From Candidatus Acidiferrum sp. (GTDB lineage: Bacteria > Acidobacteriota > Terriglobia > Acidiferrales > UBA7541), in assembly GCA_035313865.1 (NCBI GenBank), contig DATFZY010000035.1:466-64465 (forward strand): 64,000 nucleotides of DNA, read 5' to 3'. The translations under genes and the position numbers were made by a program. The stretch's first letter is position 1. Each line of letters opens with the position of its first letter. The notes under the pieces were generated by a model. The model worked only from the letters and a program-made list of their open reading frames with translations, had not been told where the DNA came from and did not search any database. Of this stretch, positions 47,989-57,970 are shown one piece after another.

Positions 47989-48369
47989 TTAGTCACCCGG
48001 CCGATATTGCGCCCGGCTGGTATCCGTCTCCCACAAAATCACATCCGTAACTCGCGCCCCAGGCGGCAAATCCTTCAACCCCCGCGCCACTTCCTCATAA
48101 AAATACTTCGCCATATTTTCCGCCGAAGGATTCACCGTCTTAAACGGCTCCAGATCATTCACAAACTGGTGATCCAACCGCCCCATCACCTCACGCACAA
48201 TCTGTTTCACCCGAGTAAAATCCACCAGCAACCCAATCGAATCCAGCTCCGGCCCCTCCAAGGTAACGCGCACCCGGTAATTATGCCCATGCACGTTCTC
48301 GCACTTCCCCCGGTACCCCCGAAGCGCGTGCCCCGCCGAAAATGTCTCTTCCACGCTGACCTGAAACAT
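47989..48369 (-). CDS. queD: 6-carboxy-5,6,7,8-tetrahydropterin synthase
   Basis: FSAGH.L, CENVHGHNY, DF, LDH..N, NPSAEN, WET. Confidence 0.95.
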   Translation of the reverse strand: MFQVSVEETFSAGHALRGYRGKCENVHGHNYRVRVTLEGPELDSIGLLVDFTRVKQIVREVMGRLDHQFVNDLEPFKTVNPSAENMAKYFYEEVARGLKDLPPGARVTDVILWETDTSRAQYRPGD

Positions 48370-48418
48370 TCTTCTCTGTGTCCTCTGCGCTCTCGGCGTC
48401 CTCTGTGTAATGTTTTTC

Positions 48419-50533
48419 TTAACTCTTCTTCTTCGCCAAAAATCTCGAAACCGCCGCCAAATCCTGAGTCACCCGATACTTCGGAAGCGACTCAATAAAA
48501 ATTTTACCATACGCCATCCGCTGAATCCTGCTATCCAGCAGCGCCAAAACCCCTCGATCCGTCTTCGTCCGAATCAATCTTCCGAAACCTTGTTTCAGCG
48601 CCAAAACCGCCTCCGGCACTTGAAACTCCGCGAAGGGGTTTCGTCCATCCTCCTGCAGCGCCTTTACCCGCGCCGCCACAATCGGATCGCTCGGCACCGC
48701 AAACGGCAACCGGTCCACAATCACGCAAGAAAGCTGGTCCCCCGGCACATCCACGCCCTGCCAAAAGCTAGCCGTAGCAAAAAGCACCGCTCCCGGTGTG
48801 TTCTTAAACCGCTCCAGCAAAACCGAACGCGGCGAAGTCCCCTGAAGCAACAGCGGAAACGGCACCCGCGTCCTTACCCGCTCAAACAACTCATTCATCT
48901 GCGAGTAGCTCGTAAACAAACAAAACGCCCTACCCTGGCTGGTCTCCAGCAAATTCACAATCTCATCGGCCGCTTTCGCCACATACGCCGGATTCCGCAC
49001 GTCCGGCATCCCCGGCGGCAAATACAGCAAAGCCTGCTCTGGATAATCAAACTCCGGCGGCAAAGCCCGTTCTTTTGCATGATCCAACCCGAGCCGGCTG
49101 CGAATGAACTCGAATCGCCCTTCCACCGTCAACGTCGCCGAAGTCAGCACCACGGTATCGAACTGCTCAAACAGCCGCTCCCGCAAAATCTGGCTCACAT
49201 CAATTGGGGTAGCAGCTAAAAACACTCCCTTATTCCGCCGCTCATACCAATACACAAAATTCTTCTCGTTCGATTCGAACAAAAACGACAGCTCCTGCCG
49301 TATCTCAAAACTCCGCCGCGCAATCCGCAGAATCTCTTCCGGCTTCTGCGTCATCGCCGCGCATTCCGTCTCAAATCCCTTCAGCGCAGAAGCCAAATCA
49401 TCGTAAGCCTCGCGGTTCTGCTCCAGAAACGCCTCGCGTTCCACACGCGAAAATGGATATCTCCCGTCCCGCGGCGGAAACGTATCAAAAAACGCCCGGC
49501 TCCTCTCGCGAATCCGCTGCGTCCGACGCAAAACGGAAGGCGTCCCCAGATGCAGCAGCCGCAAAGTCTGGTCCGCGTCGCGCGCCAACTCGTCAAACCG
49601 GAAATTCGAAATCTGCCGCCCGAAATAATCGCTCGCCACGTCCTCCATCTCATGCGCTTCATCAAACACAACCGCCGAATACTCCGGCAAAATGCTCCCA
49701 AAATCGTCCTGCTTCAAAGCCAAATCCGCAAAGAACAAATGGTGGTTCACAATAATCAAGTCCGCGTCCTTAGCCCGCTGGTGCATCCCGGTAACAAAAC
49801 ACGGATTGAACGATGGGCACTTCTGCCCCATGCACGTGTCCCGCCGCGCATCCAGCCGCGGCCACAAATCCGAATCGTCCGGCAAAAATGTCAGCTCCGC
49901 ACGGTCACCGGTCTCCGTCAGCTTCGCCCATTGCTTGATCTGCTGAAATGCATCCAGCTCATCCATCCCCTTCAGCAGCGCCTGGTCCGCCATGTGGTTC
50001 ATCTTTTCAACGCACAGAAAATTCGATCGTCCCTTCATCACCGCTACTTTCAAATTCGGCGCAAAGTGTTTCTGCAAAAACGGAATATCCTTCTGAAACA
50101 ATTGCTCCTGCAAGGATTTCGTCGCAGTGGAAATCACCACCCTCCGCCCGCTGCAAATCGCTGGCACCAGATACCCCAGCGTCTTCCCCGTTCCCGTCCC
50201 CGCCTCGAGAATCGCGTGGTGATGCGTCTCAAACGCATCGTGCACCATCTCCGCCATTTCCAATTGCGCGCGCCGGTGCTCGTAACCGCCAATCATGCAC
50301 CGTTCCAGAAATCCTCCCGGCCCAAACACATCCCGCATCGAAGGTTTTTCTGGAACAGGATCAGAAGCTGCCGAAGCCGCACCGGAAGCCGGCTCCTCCT
50401 CCACCATTGTCCCTTCCGCATCCTCTTCACGAAGCGCCGGGTCCGGCCCACCCGCCAAAGCCGCCTCCGCAATAAACACCTCTTCCTCATCACGCGCCAG
50501 CGCGCTTCGCCCCGTCTCTTCAGTACTCCTCAC
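48419..50533 (-). CDS. dinG: DinG/YoaA-family Fe-S ATP-dependent DNA helicase
   Basis: EAGTGTGKT, KGRSNFLC, C...CP...C, NHHL, DEAH, TSAT, FWQGVD, QG.GRLIR...DRG. Confidence 0.92.
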   Translation of the reverse strand: MRSTEETGRSALARDEEEVFIAEAALAGGPDPALREEDAEGTMVEEEPASGAASAASDPVPEKPSMRDVFGPGGFLERCMIGGYEHRRAQLEMAEMVHDAFETHHHAILEAGTGTGKTLGYLVPAICSGRRVVISTATKSLQEQLFQKDIPFLQKHFAPNLKVAVMKGRSNFLCVEKMNHMADQALLKGMDELDAFQQIKQWAKLTETGDRAELTFLPDDSDLWPRLDARRDTCMGQKCPSFNPCFVTGMHQRAKDADLIIVNHHLFFADLALKQDDFGSILPEYSAVVFDEAHEMEDVASDYFGRQISNFRFDELARDADQTLRLLHLGTPSVLRRTQRIRERSRAFFDTFPPRDGRYPFSRVEREAFLEQNREAYDDLASALKGFETECAAMTQKPEEILRIARRSFEIRQELSFLFESNEKNFVYWYERRNKGVFLAATPIDVSQILRERLFEQFDTVVLTSATLTVEGRFEFIRSRLGLDHAKERALPPEFDYPEQALLYLPPGMPDVRNPAYVAKAADEIVNLLETSQGRAFCLFTSYSQMNELFERVRTRVPFPLLLQGTSPRSVLLERFKNTPGAVLFATASFWQGVDVPGDQLSCVIVDRLPFAVPSDPIVAARVKALQEDGRNPFAEFQVPEAVLALKQGFGRLIRTKTDRGVLALLDSRIQRMAYGKIFIESLPKYRVTQDLAAVSRFLAKKKS

Positions 50534-50731
50534 CGATTTGGCAGCTTTTCTAGCCAGAAAATTAACCTTCCCCTTCGCTCATTCGCTGCAACAAAACCAA
50601 CCATTCATGCCAATCCGCATCAGCGATTTCGTAACAATATCACAGCGCCTCTCATCATTCCGGCGTGCCCTTCGTCACCAGCCACTCGCCACTTCTTCAT
50701 TCCAAAAAATTCGATTCCTCATCTTTTCCCA

Positions 50732-52207
50732 TCAGAAATCCAGCACCAGCAAAGTAATGTCATCCTCCTGCCGCCGCCCGTCCGAATGTCCGGACCACCG
50801 CCCAATCTCCTCAAGCAGCGCAGCCGACAATCGCGCGGCAGAATCCCCTCTATGGCTATTCAGAAACTGCGCCAGCCGCGCCTTCCCGAACTCCTCCTGC
50901 CCCGCATTCATGGCCTCGAACAATCCGTCCGTATACAGCAAACAACGGTCCCCAGTTTGCAATGCAATCTCCAAGCTCGCGTACTCCGCCTCAGGAAACA
51001 ATCCCAGCATCAACCCATTTTCCTCAATCGCCCGCACTTCCTCACTCGCACGCGGAGCCAACAAGAGCGGCGGATGCCCCGCCCCGGCGTAGCGCATCAC
51101 TCCCTTCTCCAAATCCAGGAAAACATACGCCGCCGTAACAAAGTGCTCCTCGAACTTCCCACAAAGCGCCCGGTTCAATCCCGCAAGCACCCGCGCCGGC
51201 TCTTTCGCATTCTCCGCTTGCCCTGCAAACGCCACCTTCAGCATCGAAGCTATTAGTGCCGCGGGCACGCCATGCCCCGTAACGTCCGCAACAAGAATCC
51301 CAACCCTGCGCTCATCTACCGCAAGAAAATCATAAAAATCACCAGCCACCGCGCTCATCGGCACATACCGCGCTGCAACTTCCAGCCCCGCAATCCGCGG
51401 CACCTCTTTCGGCAGGGTCGAAGCCTGTATTTGCCGCGCAATCTCCAGCTCTTTATTCAGGTTCAGCAGACTCTCTTCCTTGGCGAAGCTTAGCGACGCC
51501 GTCACATATCCCAGGCAGCCAACGAAAACTAGGAGCCCGACAAACTCCACGTTGAGGCCCTTCAAAATCTTCAATCCCAGCAGGTTTGCCTGCAAAATGA
51601 ACAACAGCCAGATCGAGAAACCGGTCATAAACACGACCATTCCCCTGCTGACCGGTTTGCGGGGACCAGCAGAACGCGGGCCAAAAACCAGGAACAATGC
51701 GCTGGCCAAAAAAATTCCCAGCACCATCAGGTTATTCGAAAGAAACAAAGTTTTGAGACTGACTCGCAACGCAGCCCCTAGAATCGCCCATACCGCAAAA
51801 GCAGCCTGAAAAATAATCAGCCAGCCAAAGAATCGACGGAATCGTTCGGGGGCCACCTGATGGAGGAAGAGTCCAAACGGAAGAATAATCGTGCCGGTGA
51901 TCACCCAGTTCAAATACAACCAGAACGCCGGCGAAAACCCCAGGCTGAACTGGATCGTTTGCAATGTAGTGAGCAGCCGGAGCCCATACAAAATGCAGAA
52001 CAATCCGAAATAAATCAGCGTCAGTTCACGTGTCTTGCGCCGCGAAAGAAAAAGCACGATGGCCACCGTGCCAAACGACAGCAGCATCACGGCAGCAGCT
52101 ATGTTCAGCAACTCCCAGCGCAGTTGCCAGACTTCTATTTTCATGATTGTCTGCGCTCCTGTGCCAGCCTGAAAAAGAGCCGACATAAGCTCAATCACGG
52201 GTGCCAT
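50732..52207 (-). CDS. Membrane-bound PP2C/SpoIIE (RsbU-like) phosphatase
   Basis: About 7 TM helices, then ELEIARQIQ, GDFYD, DVTGHG..AAL, YTDGL.E, DDIT; start may be 52144. Confidence 0.9.
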   Translation of the reverse strand: MAPVIELMSALFQAGTGAQTIMKIEVWQLRWELLNIAAAVMLLSFGTVAIVLFLSRRKTRELTLIYFGLFCILYGLRLLTTLQTIQFSLGFSPAFWLYLNWVITGTIILPFGLFLHQVAPERFRRFFGWLIIFQAAFAVWAILGAALRVSLKTLFLSNNLMVLGIFLASALFLVFGPRSAGPRKPVSRGMVVFMTGFSIWLLFILQANLLGLKILKGLNVEFVGLLVFVGCLGYVTASLSFAKEESLLNLNKELEIARQIQASTLPKEVPRIAGLEVAARYVPMSAVAGDFYDFLAVDERRVGILVADVTGHGVPAALIASMLKVAFAGQAENAKEPARVLAGLNRALCGKFEEHFVTAAYVFLDLEKGVMRYAGAGHPPLLLAPRASEEVRAIEENGLMLGLFPEAEYASLEIALQTGDRCLLYTDGLFEAMNAGQEEFGKARLAQFLNSHRGDSAARLSAALLEEIGRWSGHSDGRRQEDDITLLVLDF

Positions 52208-52290
52208 TCCATTCCAGAGAGACGGATGTCATTCGAATCGCTTTGGGTAGAAGCAGCTATCAGTGCTCGCACAACGGCGGCTGCGAGCCA

Positions 52291-52680
52291 TTATCGCCTT
52301 TTGCGCGGAGACTTTGTCATCTGCCTCGGGCCGGCCGGCTCTTTGCTTTTCTTGCCGGACTTCGCATTCTTTTCCGTCCGCAGCTTCCACGCCGTGCGCA
52401 GGGCCCCTTCCAACAAATCTTCATTCGCCGCCGCCAACCGTATATGAGTCGCCCCGTTTCTTCCCCATCCTCCGGGGACAGGCAGAAAAACCTTCGGCAT
52501 CTCCTCCACAAACGCCGCCTGCTGCTCCACCGTCAGCATCAAGTTCCCAAAACCTTGCTTTTCCGAAGCCAGCGTTGCAAAAATCCTGCCGCCCACGCGA
52601 AAGTCCGGGTTGCCCATGTGCGAACTCTCTTCCGCGCCTTCCATGCTCAGCGCAATCCTTCGAAAATCTTTGGCCTTCAT
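52291..52680 (-). CDS. MmcQ/YjbR-family protein
   Basis: FRRIALS..E..H...PDFRV.G.IFATL, PVPGGWG..G.T. Confidence 0.8.
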   Translation of the reverse strand: MKAKDFRRIALSMEGAEESSHMGNPDFRVGGRIFATLASEKQGFGNLMLTVEQQAAFVEEMPKVFLPVPGGWGRNGATHIRLAAANEDLLEGALRTAWKLRTEKNAKSGKKSKEPAGPRQMTKSPRKRR

Positions 52681-52767
52681 ACGCGCCTCACTGTCCCCGC
52701 GCTCAATATCCTACCGACCTGCTCAAATCATGCCACCGCAAACTCAGTCTTTCCCGCAATCTACCCG

Positions 52768-54240
52768 TCATTCCGCGTGAATCACCTTGTGCTGGCTCAC
52801 CGTGTTGCCGTCCCCCCTCTTTAACCTGTGAAAAGTAATCGCCGACAAAATTGTGAGGCACCCCAAAGCAAGAAAAGCTTTGTGGATACCGCTAATCATC
52901 TCCTGCGCGTTGGTGTGCGCGCGATTCGGAATGAAAAATACCGTAGCCAGGCCCGCCGTCGCCACTCCAAAACTGATGGACATCTGCTGCACCGTGCTCG
53001 CGATGGAGCTTGCGCTGCTTGCCTGCTCTTCCGTGACGTCCGCGTACACCAGCGTGTTCATGCTCGTATATTGGAGCGATGTGAAAGCGCCGTAGCAGAA
53101 AGCCTGAATTACAATGATCCAGACCGGCGTCCCTACCCCAATCGTCCCGAAAAGCAGAAGCAGCAGTCCCAGTATCACGGTGTTGGAAACGAGCACGCCG
53201 CGGTACCCGAAGCGGTTCAGAATTTTGGGCAAAAGAAACTTCGTGCTCATCGACGCAACCGCCTGCGGCATGATCAGCAACCCGGACTGAATGGGCGTAT
53301 ATCCCAATCCCACCTGGTAAAGCAGCGGCAGCAGAAAAGGCACTCCGCCGATTCCCAGGCGCGTAAAGAAATTGCCGCTCACCGCGGCGCTAAACGTCCG
53401 AATGCGAAACAGGCTCAGCCGCAGCAGGGGGAACGCCGTCCGAGAGGCATGCAATCCGTACCCTGCGAGCAGCGTGAGGGAAACCACCAGCAGACCGGCC
53501 ATTTCCCCGGCGTTCAACGCGTGCTCGCCGAATATCTCCAGCACGTACGACAGCAGCGCGATCCCCGATCCGAATAGAATCAGCCCCACAATATCCAGCC
53601 GAGGCGTTTTTTCTTCCCGATAGTCCGGCAAATGGATGAAAACCATCAATAGCCCGGCGATTCCAATTGGAATGTTTACGAAAAAAATGACTCGCCAGTG
53701 CAGGTAGCCCACGATCAGTCCGCCGGCGATCGGACCCAGCATGGGGCCAATCAACGCCGGAATTGCCACGAAACTCATGATCCGTATAAGCTCGGATTTA
53801 GCGAACGCTCGCACCAGCGTCAGCCTGCCCACTGGCACCATCATCGCTCCGCCGAAGCCCTGCAGAATCCTGCACGCCACCAACAAATGAATATTGCTCG
53901 ATATCCCGCAAAGAAACGACCCCAGCGTAAAGATCCCGATCGCCGAGGAAAACACTCTCCTCGTTCCAAACTTGTCTGCCATCCATCCACTGATCGGAAT
54001 GAATACCGCCAGGCTCAACGTGTAGCTCGCCAGCACAGACTTCATGCTCAGCGGCGTCACTTTCAGCGCCTCCGAAATAGCCGGCACCGCGGTATTCAGA
54101 ATCGTCGTATCCAGCGACTCCATGAAAAACGCCACCGCGACCAGCCACGGCAGATACCTCTTGCTCGAAGCCGACGGCTCGGCTGGCAACATGGGCGCGT
54201 TTGTGCTTTGGACCGGGGCGGTGGGCATGAAGTCGAGCAA
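52768..54240 (-). CDS. DHA2 (EmrB/QacA) MFS efflux transporter
   Basis: FMESLD.TI.N.A.P, GWMADKFGTRR, LQG.GGAMM.PVGR, WR.IF.VN.PIG; about 14 TM helices. Confidence 0.92.
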   Translation of the reverse strand: MLDFMPTAPVQSTNAPMLPAEPSASSKRYLPWLVAVAFFMESLDTTILNTAVPAISEALKVTPLSMKSVLASYTLSLAVFIPISGWMADKFGTRRVFSSAIGIFTLGSFLCGISSNIHLLVACRILQGFGGAMMVPVGRLTLVRAFAKSELIRIMSFVAIPALIGPMLGPIAGGLIVGYLHWRVIFFVNIPIGIAGLLMVFIHLPDYREEKTPRLDIVGLILFGSGIALLSYVLEIFGEHALNAGEMAGLLVVSLTLLAGYGLHASRTAFPLLRLSLFRIRTFSAAVSGNFFTRLGIGGVPFLLPLLYQVGLGYTPIQSGLLIMPQAVASMSTKFLLPKILNRFGYRGVLVSNTVILGLLLLLFGTIGVGTPVWIIVIQAFCYGAFTSLQYTSMNTLVYADVTEEQASSASSIASTVQQMSISFGVATAGLATVFFIPNRAHTNAQEMISGIHKAFLALGCLTILSAITFHRLKRGDGNTVSQHKVIHAE

Positions 54241-54517
54241 CTACTTTACTAACGAACCGGGCAATTTGCTTGCCCAGAGAACTCCATCTTTCAACATCGA
54301 GTTAGTGAGGCAAGCCGCCGATCGCCAGCATAAGGACGTGACTAGTACGTCGGGCGGGCTGGTCTGCGGCATGCCCGACTGTCCATTTAGTAGTAGGGCA
54401 ACGAGCTTGTTTTAGCAGTCCCATTACCTCCTTCGCAGGGTTAGATTCATCCGTGGGGCAATTCCGTCCATCACGGACAGTGTGGACGTCGCACTTTCTG
54501 CAAGCGTGGGGTACTCG

Positions 54518-55978
54518 ATGAAATCCTATAAGTCTCTTCTTTTTCTAAGTTTAGTGCCGGCTCTCACCTTGGCCTCGTGCTATCACGAGTTCCCAGGCGG
54601 CGGAGGCGGCGCCGGAGGTGGCGGCGGCACTGGGACCCAGTTCGTCAATGTCCTCCTTACCTCGACTCCCTCTTCGACTTTCTCGTTCGCCTCTCTCAAC
54701 TGGCAAATTGGGAGCGTCAACATCACGAATTCCGCGGGCGTTGCTGTTCCCCTTGGCACCACAGTAGGAGTTGTCATTCCCGATTTCGTGCGCATGCAGA
54801 CCGACTCCATCTACATGAGCCATACGACTCTGGCAACCACGAGCTACACCAGCCTCCAGGTCGAATTCAACGCACCGCTTTCCGGCTATATCTACAACAA
54901 CTCCAATGCCACCCTCTTTTCCGGGGCCAATGCCTGCTCGCCTGGCACCGTTTGTCCGATTCCTAGTACTGTCCCTGGCTTCTCCTCCAGCAGCGTTACC
55001 ATCCCCATAACCTATACCCCTTCCGCTGCGTCCACCGGGGGCATTCGCATCAACTTGGATCTCAGCAAAGCCGTCACCACTGCCGGAGCCGACGGCATCA
55101 CCTTTGATTTCACTCAGGCCGGCGCCATCACATTGATTCCTCTTCCCACTACCTCCAGCCAGGCCTCCGTCATTGATACTATCGACAACTTTACAGGCGT
55201 CGTTACAGCTGTCACTTCCAGCACCGTTACCGTGGCCTCCTATGAGTTCGATGCCCGCACCTTCAGCATTGCTTCCACCGACGAATTCGACGACCCTTTC
55301 ACCATTTGCCCCCAGCCGGCTACTATAAGCTGCCTGGCCGTTGGTCAAAACGTCAGTATTGATGGCATCGTAAACAACACCGCTACCTCTAGCCCATTTA
55401 CAGTCAACGAAATTGAATTTCTCGACGCCGCCCCTGCCGTCGGGGAACTGGAAGGCGTTATCATTTCCACTCCTGCAAACAATCAGTTTAAGATCGCCCT
55501 TAGCAACGGTGTGGGTTTGTCCAACTTTTTCGTTGGCACCACCACAATTGTCAATCTGAACGGCGCCGAAACCTATCTTGTGGATCCAAAGGAGCTCGGG
55601 ATAACCGACATTGCGAACCCTGGCTTCCAGAGTCAGGCGGACCTGGTTCTCGGCCAAACCGTTATGATTCAGGGCGGCACGGTAAACGATAACAACACCA
55701 GCATCAATAACCCGACCCGCGTTTTGCTCCGCTACTCCAGCATCGGTGGAGCGGTGCAGACACCTTCTGGCACCACATTTACGCTGGGATCTCCCTCCTT
55801 CGCTGGTCCATTTAATCTTTCACTTGCCGTTCAGACCTTTCCCAACACGGCCTATGACAACATCACTGGCTTCAGCGGGCTATCTGGAGTGAACAACGCC
55901 TCGGTACGCGCTCTCCTTCTGAACCCCAACAGCAACGTCCAATTTCCACTCTTGGCGGCAAAGGTTCGCACTCACTAG
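54518..55978 (+). CDS. Lipoprotein with DUF4382/DUF5666-like domains
   Basis: LASC lipobox, Gly linker, T/S-rich beta content, L..GQ.V...G repeats. Confidence 0.7.
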   Translation: MKSYKSLLFLSLVPALTLASCYHEFPGGGGGAGGGGGTGTQFVNVLLTSTPSSTFSFASLNWQIGSVNITNSAGVAVPLGTTVGVVIPDFVRMQTDSIYMSHTTLATTSYTSLQVEFNAPLSGYIYNNSNATLFSGANACSPGTVCPIPSTVPGFSSSSVTIPITYTPSAASTGGIRINLDLSKAVTTAGADGITFDFTQAGAITLIPLPTTSSQASVIDTIDNFTGVVTAVTSSTVTVASYEFDARTFSIASTDEFDDPFTICPQPATISCLAVGQNVSIDGIVNNTATSSPFTVNEIEFLDAAPAVGELEGVIISTPANNQFKIALSNGVGLSNFFVGTTTIVNLNGAETYLVDPKELGITDIANPGFQSQADLVLGQTVMIQGGTVNDNNTSINNPTRVLLRYSSIGGAVQTPSGTTFTLGSPSFAGPFNLSLAVQTFPNTAYDNITGFSGLSGVNNASVRALLLNPNSNVQFPLLAAKVRTH

Positions 55979-56000
55979 ATTTCTCCGCCTCCGCAAAGGC

Positions 56001-56044
56001 AACGGGCGGGAGCATCCAAGGATGCTCCCCGCCCGTTCTTCTTT
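56001..56044 (+). terminator. Intrinsic terminator
   Basis: AACGGGCGGGAGCATCC-AA-GGATGCTCCCCGCCCGTT followed by a T-rich tail. Confidence 0.75.
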
Positions 56045-56061
56045 AGTGGCGCCACTACTTG

Positions 56062-56173
56062 CGTAACCGCTTTAGAATCAACACCTAGACATAGCTCCGT
56101 AAGTGTTGATTTTAAAAGACTTACAAAGATGCTAAACCCTTTACAATCAACAGTTACAAAAACTGCATGGGGC
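56062..56173 (+). repeat. ~115-bp tri-site dispersed element, copy 3
   Basis: Units at 56064 and 56133 (69 bp apart) with the inverted TAAGTGTTGATTTTAAAAGACTTA between them; ends ACAAAAAC...GGGG. Confidence 0.8.
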
Positions 56174-56263
56174 CAAATCGACAAACGCCTTGCCAACTAA
56201 GTCTCAACGCCCCGAATATTTGCTATGGAGTTCTCAAACGACAGCCACCACGCCTGATCCCGC

Positions 56264-57970
56264 TTACGCCGGCTGAACTCCGCTGGCCACCGGTGTCATC
56301 GTTCCAGTCGCAGGAATCGCAGCCATCTTTGGCTGCAGCCGCCCATAGAGCGCGATCGCAATCGCTCCAGTGCCCCACATCACGATGCCCAGCCCGACGA
56401 GCCAGCCAATCACATGGATCGGCTCGATCGGAGTGTAAATGACCCGCACAATCACAAACCCGACAGCCATCCTTCCGATCAGCCCCCAGGTATCGCTCGT
56501 CTTCCCCATAATCCAGTTGCCGATCACGGCGCCCACGACAATCTCCCCGCAATTAATCACCAGCATCCAGAGTCCCAGGGTGAGTATCCCCAACGGAATA
56601 CCAACTACCGTGATGCACGCAATGATGGCCGCAATCGGCACTCCGGGCAGCACAAGCAGGCCCAGCCCCAGCGGCGCGCCGACGCGCTCCCCGGCTCTTA
56701 CAGAGTCCGCTGCGAATTTCGGCAGCAACAAAAACAGCACCATCCCAAACAGCACAAAAGCGGCCGTCCAGATGACGCGCCACACGTAATAGTGGCCTTG
56801 CTTGTACCTGGATTCGTGCACGTGTTTGGTAAATTCGGGCTGCGAAGCCAGCTTCGCGCCGGAGGCGACAGTTGGGGGCTTCTCACCCTCAAAATGGATC
56901 GGTCCTGCAACTTGCGCGGATGAAGCGAACGACAGCGTCTCGCCCTTCGTTTGAATCGCTCCTCCGACGTCCCCGGAGACGACGGTGGTGCCGCCCATGG
57001 CATACAAATCGCGGCCCAAGTGGCCGTCGACGCCCACAGTTCCCGCAAAAGCCGTCAAGCTGCCATTGACCGTGCCAACCGAATCCAAGTTGAACGAATC
57101 GTTCGCGGTCAGAGCATTTTTCCCGACCGTCCCCGTAATGGTCAGGTTGTTGCAAGCCGTGCGAACGTTCCCGTCAACCTGCCCGCTGATGCGCACGGAT
57201 TGCGCGAAAACAATCGCGTCGCCTTTGATATGTCCATTGATATCAATACTTTGCCCGAAGAAGTAGAGGTCTCCATCCACCGTGCCGTCGACCCGCCCGC
57301 GCGCGCCGGTCATGAACAGGTCGCTCTTGACGATCTCATCCTTCGTCACTTCAAGAGTGTCGCCTTTGCGAAACTCCGTTGCCGAAGCCGGCGCAGGCAC
57401 GGCCAGGGCGGCGCACAATCCCGCAAGTACCAGCGCTAATGCCGAACCGCGTCGCAGGCGCCGCCGGAAAATAGCCACGGCGAATCCCGCCACGATCAGC
57501 ATCGCCAGTACCTCGAGAAGTGTGAGCATGGATTGCCATCCTTTCCAGAAGGCGCCTTGAAAAATCATCAGGCTGAGTAAGCTTGTGCCGCCAAAGCCGG
57601 CCTGTTCCAAACGGGCCTGCCAGGGTTCGACGAGGTAGGTGTAAAGCGAGTAGACGCCGGTGGCCGCCAGGCCGAAAACCAGACCCCAAATCCATCCAAA
57701 CGATTTCCGCGCTTGCTCCTGGAATTCAGCGAGGCGCGCCGGCAGCGGTTCGTCTTCCTCAAGCATGGCGCGCGTCAGCAAGCGCGATTCGCGGTCGAGC
57801 GCCCGGAGCAGAGTACGGCAAGAGGCGCACTCCTGCGCGTGCGCGGAAACGGCTTGCGCGCGGGCGCGGTCCAGTTGCCGCTCGGCGTAGAGCAGGCACG
57901 TTATTTCATCCAGATGATCCATCGTCCGGCCCGCACCATCCTGCAAAGCGTGGTCAGCAGGTTCGCTCAC
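56264..57970 (-). CDS. zf-HC2 anti-sigma factor fused to bactofilin-like beta-helix repeats and a multi-TM domain
   Basis: HAQECASC; TM helices; repeats V.G.V.GD/N; C-terminal TM bundle; overlaps the sigma stop codon. Confidence 0.8.
   Translation of the reverse strand: MSEPADHALQDGAGRTMDHLDEITCLLYAERQLDRARAQAVSAHAQECASCRTLLRALDRESRLLTRAMLEEDEPLPARLAEFQEQARKSFGWIWGLVFGLAATGVYSLYTYLVEPWQARLEQAGFGGTSLLSLMIFQGAFWKGWQSMLTLLEVLAMLIVAGFAVAIFRRRLRRGSALALVLAGLCAALAVPAPASATEFRKGDTLEVTKDEIVKSDLFMTGARGRVDGTVDGDLYFFGQSIDINGHIKGDAIVFAQSVRISGQVDGNVRTACNNLTITGTVGKNALTANDSFNLDSVGTVNGSLTAFAGTVGVDGHLGRDLYAMGGTTVVSGDVGGAIQTKGETLSFASSAQVAGPIHFEGEKPPTVASGAKLASQPEFTKHVHESRYKQGHYYVWRVIWTAAFVLFGMVLFLLLPKFAADSVRAGERVGAPLGLGLLVLPGVPIAAIIACITVVGIPLGILTLGLWMLVINCGEIVVGAVIGNWIMGKTSDTWGLIGRMAVGFVIVRVIYTPIEPIHVIGWLVGLGIVMWGTGAIAIALYGRLQPKMAAIPATGTMTPVASGVQPA

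Noticed and set aside
46093-48369. 7-deazaguanine DNA-modification (dpd) island, or part of the lasso cluster
   Set aside because: No dpdA/tgt-like gene is present; a TPR gene and a terminator separate it from the lasso locus; ordinary queuosine synthesis explains it.
49550-51256. 568-aa plus-strand ORF (and similarly 24732..26291, 32903..34330, 62700..63959)
   Set aside because: Antisense or off-frame shadows of well-supported genes in GC-rich DNA.
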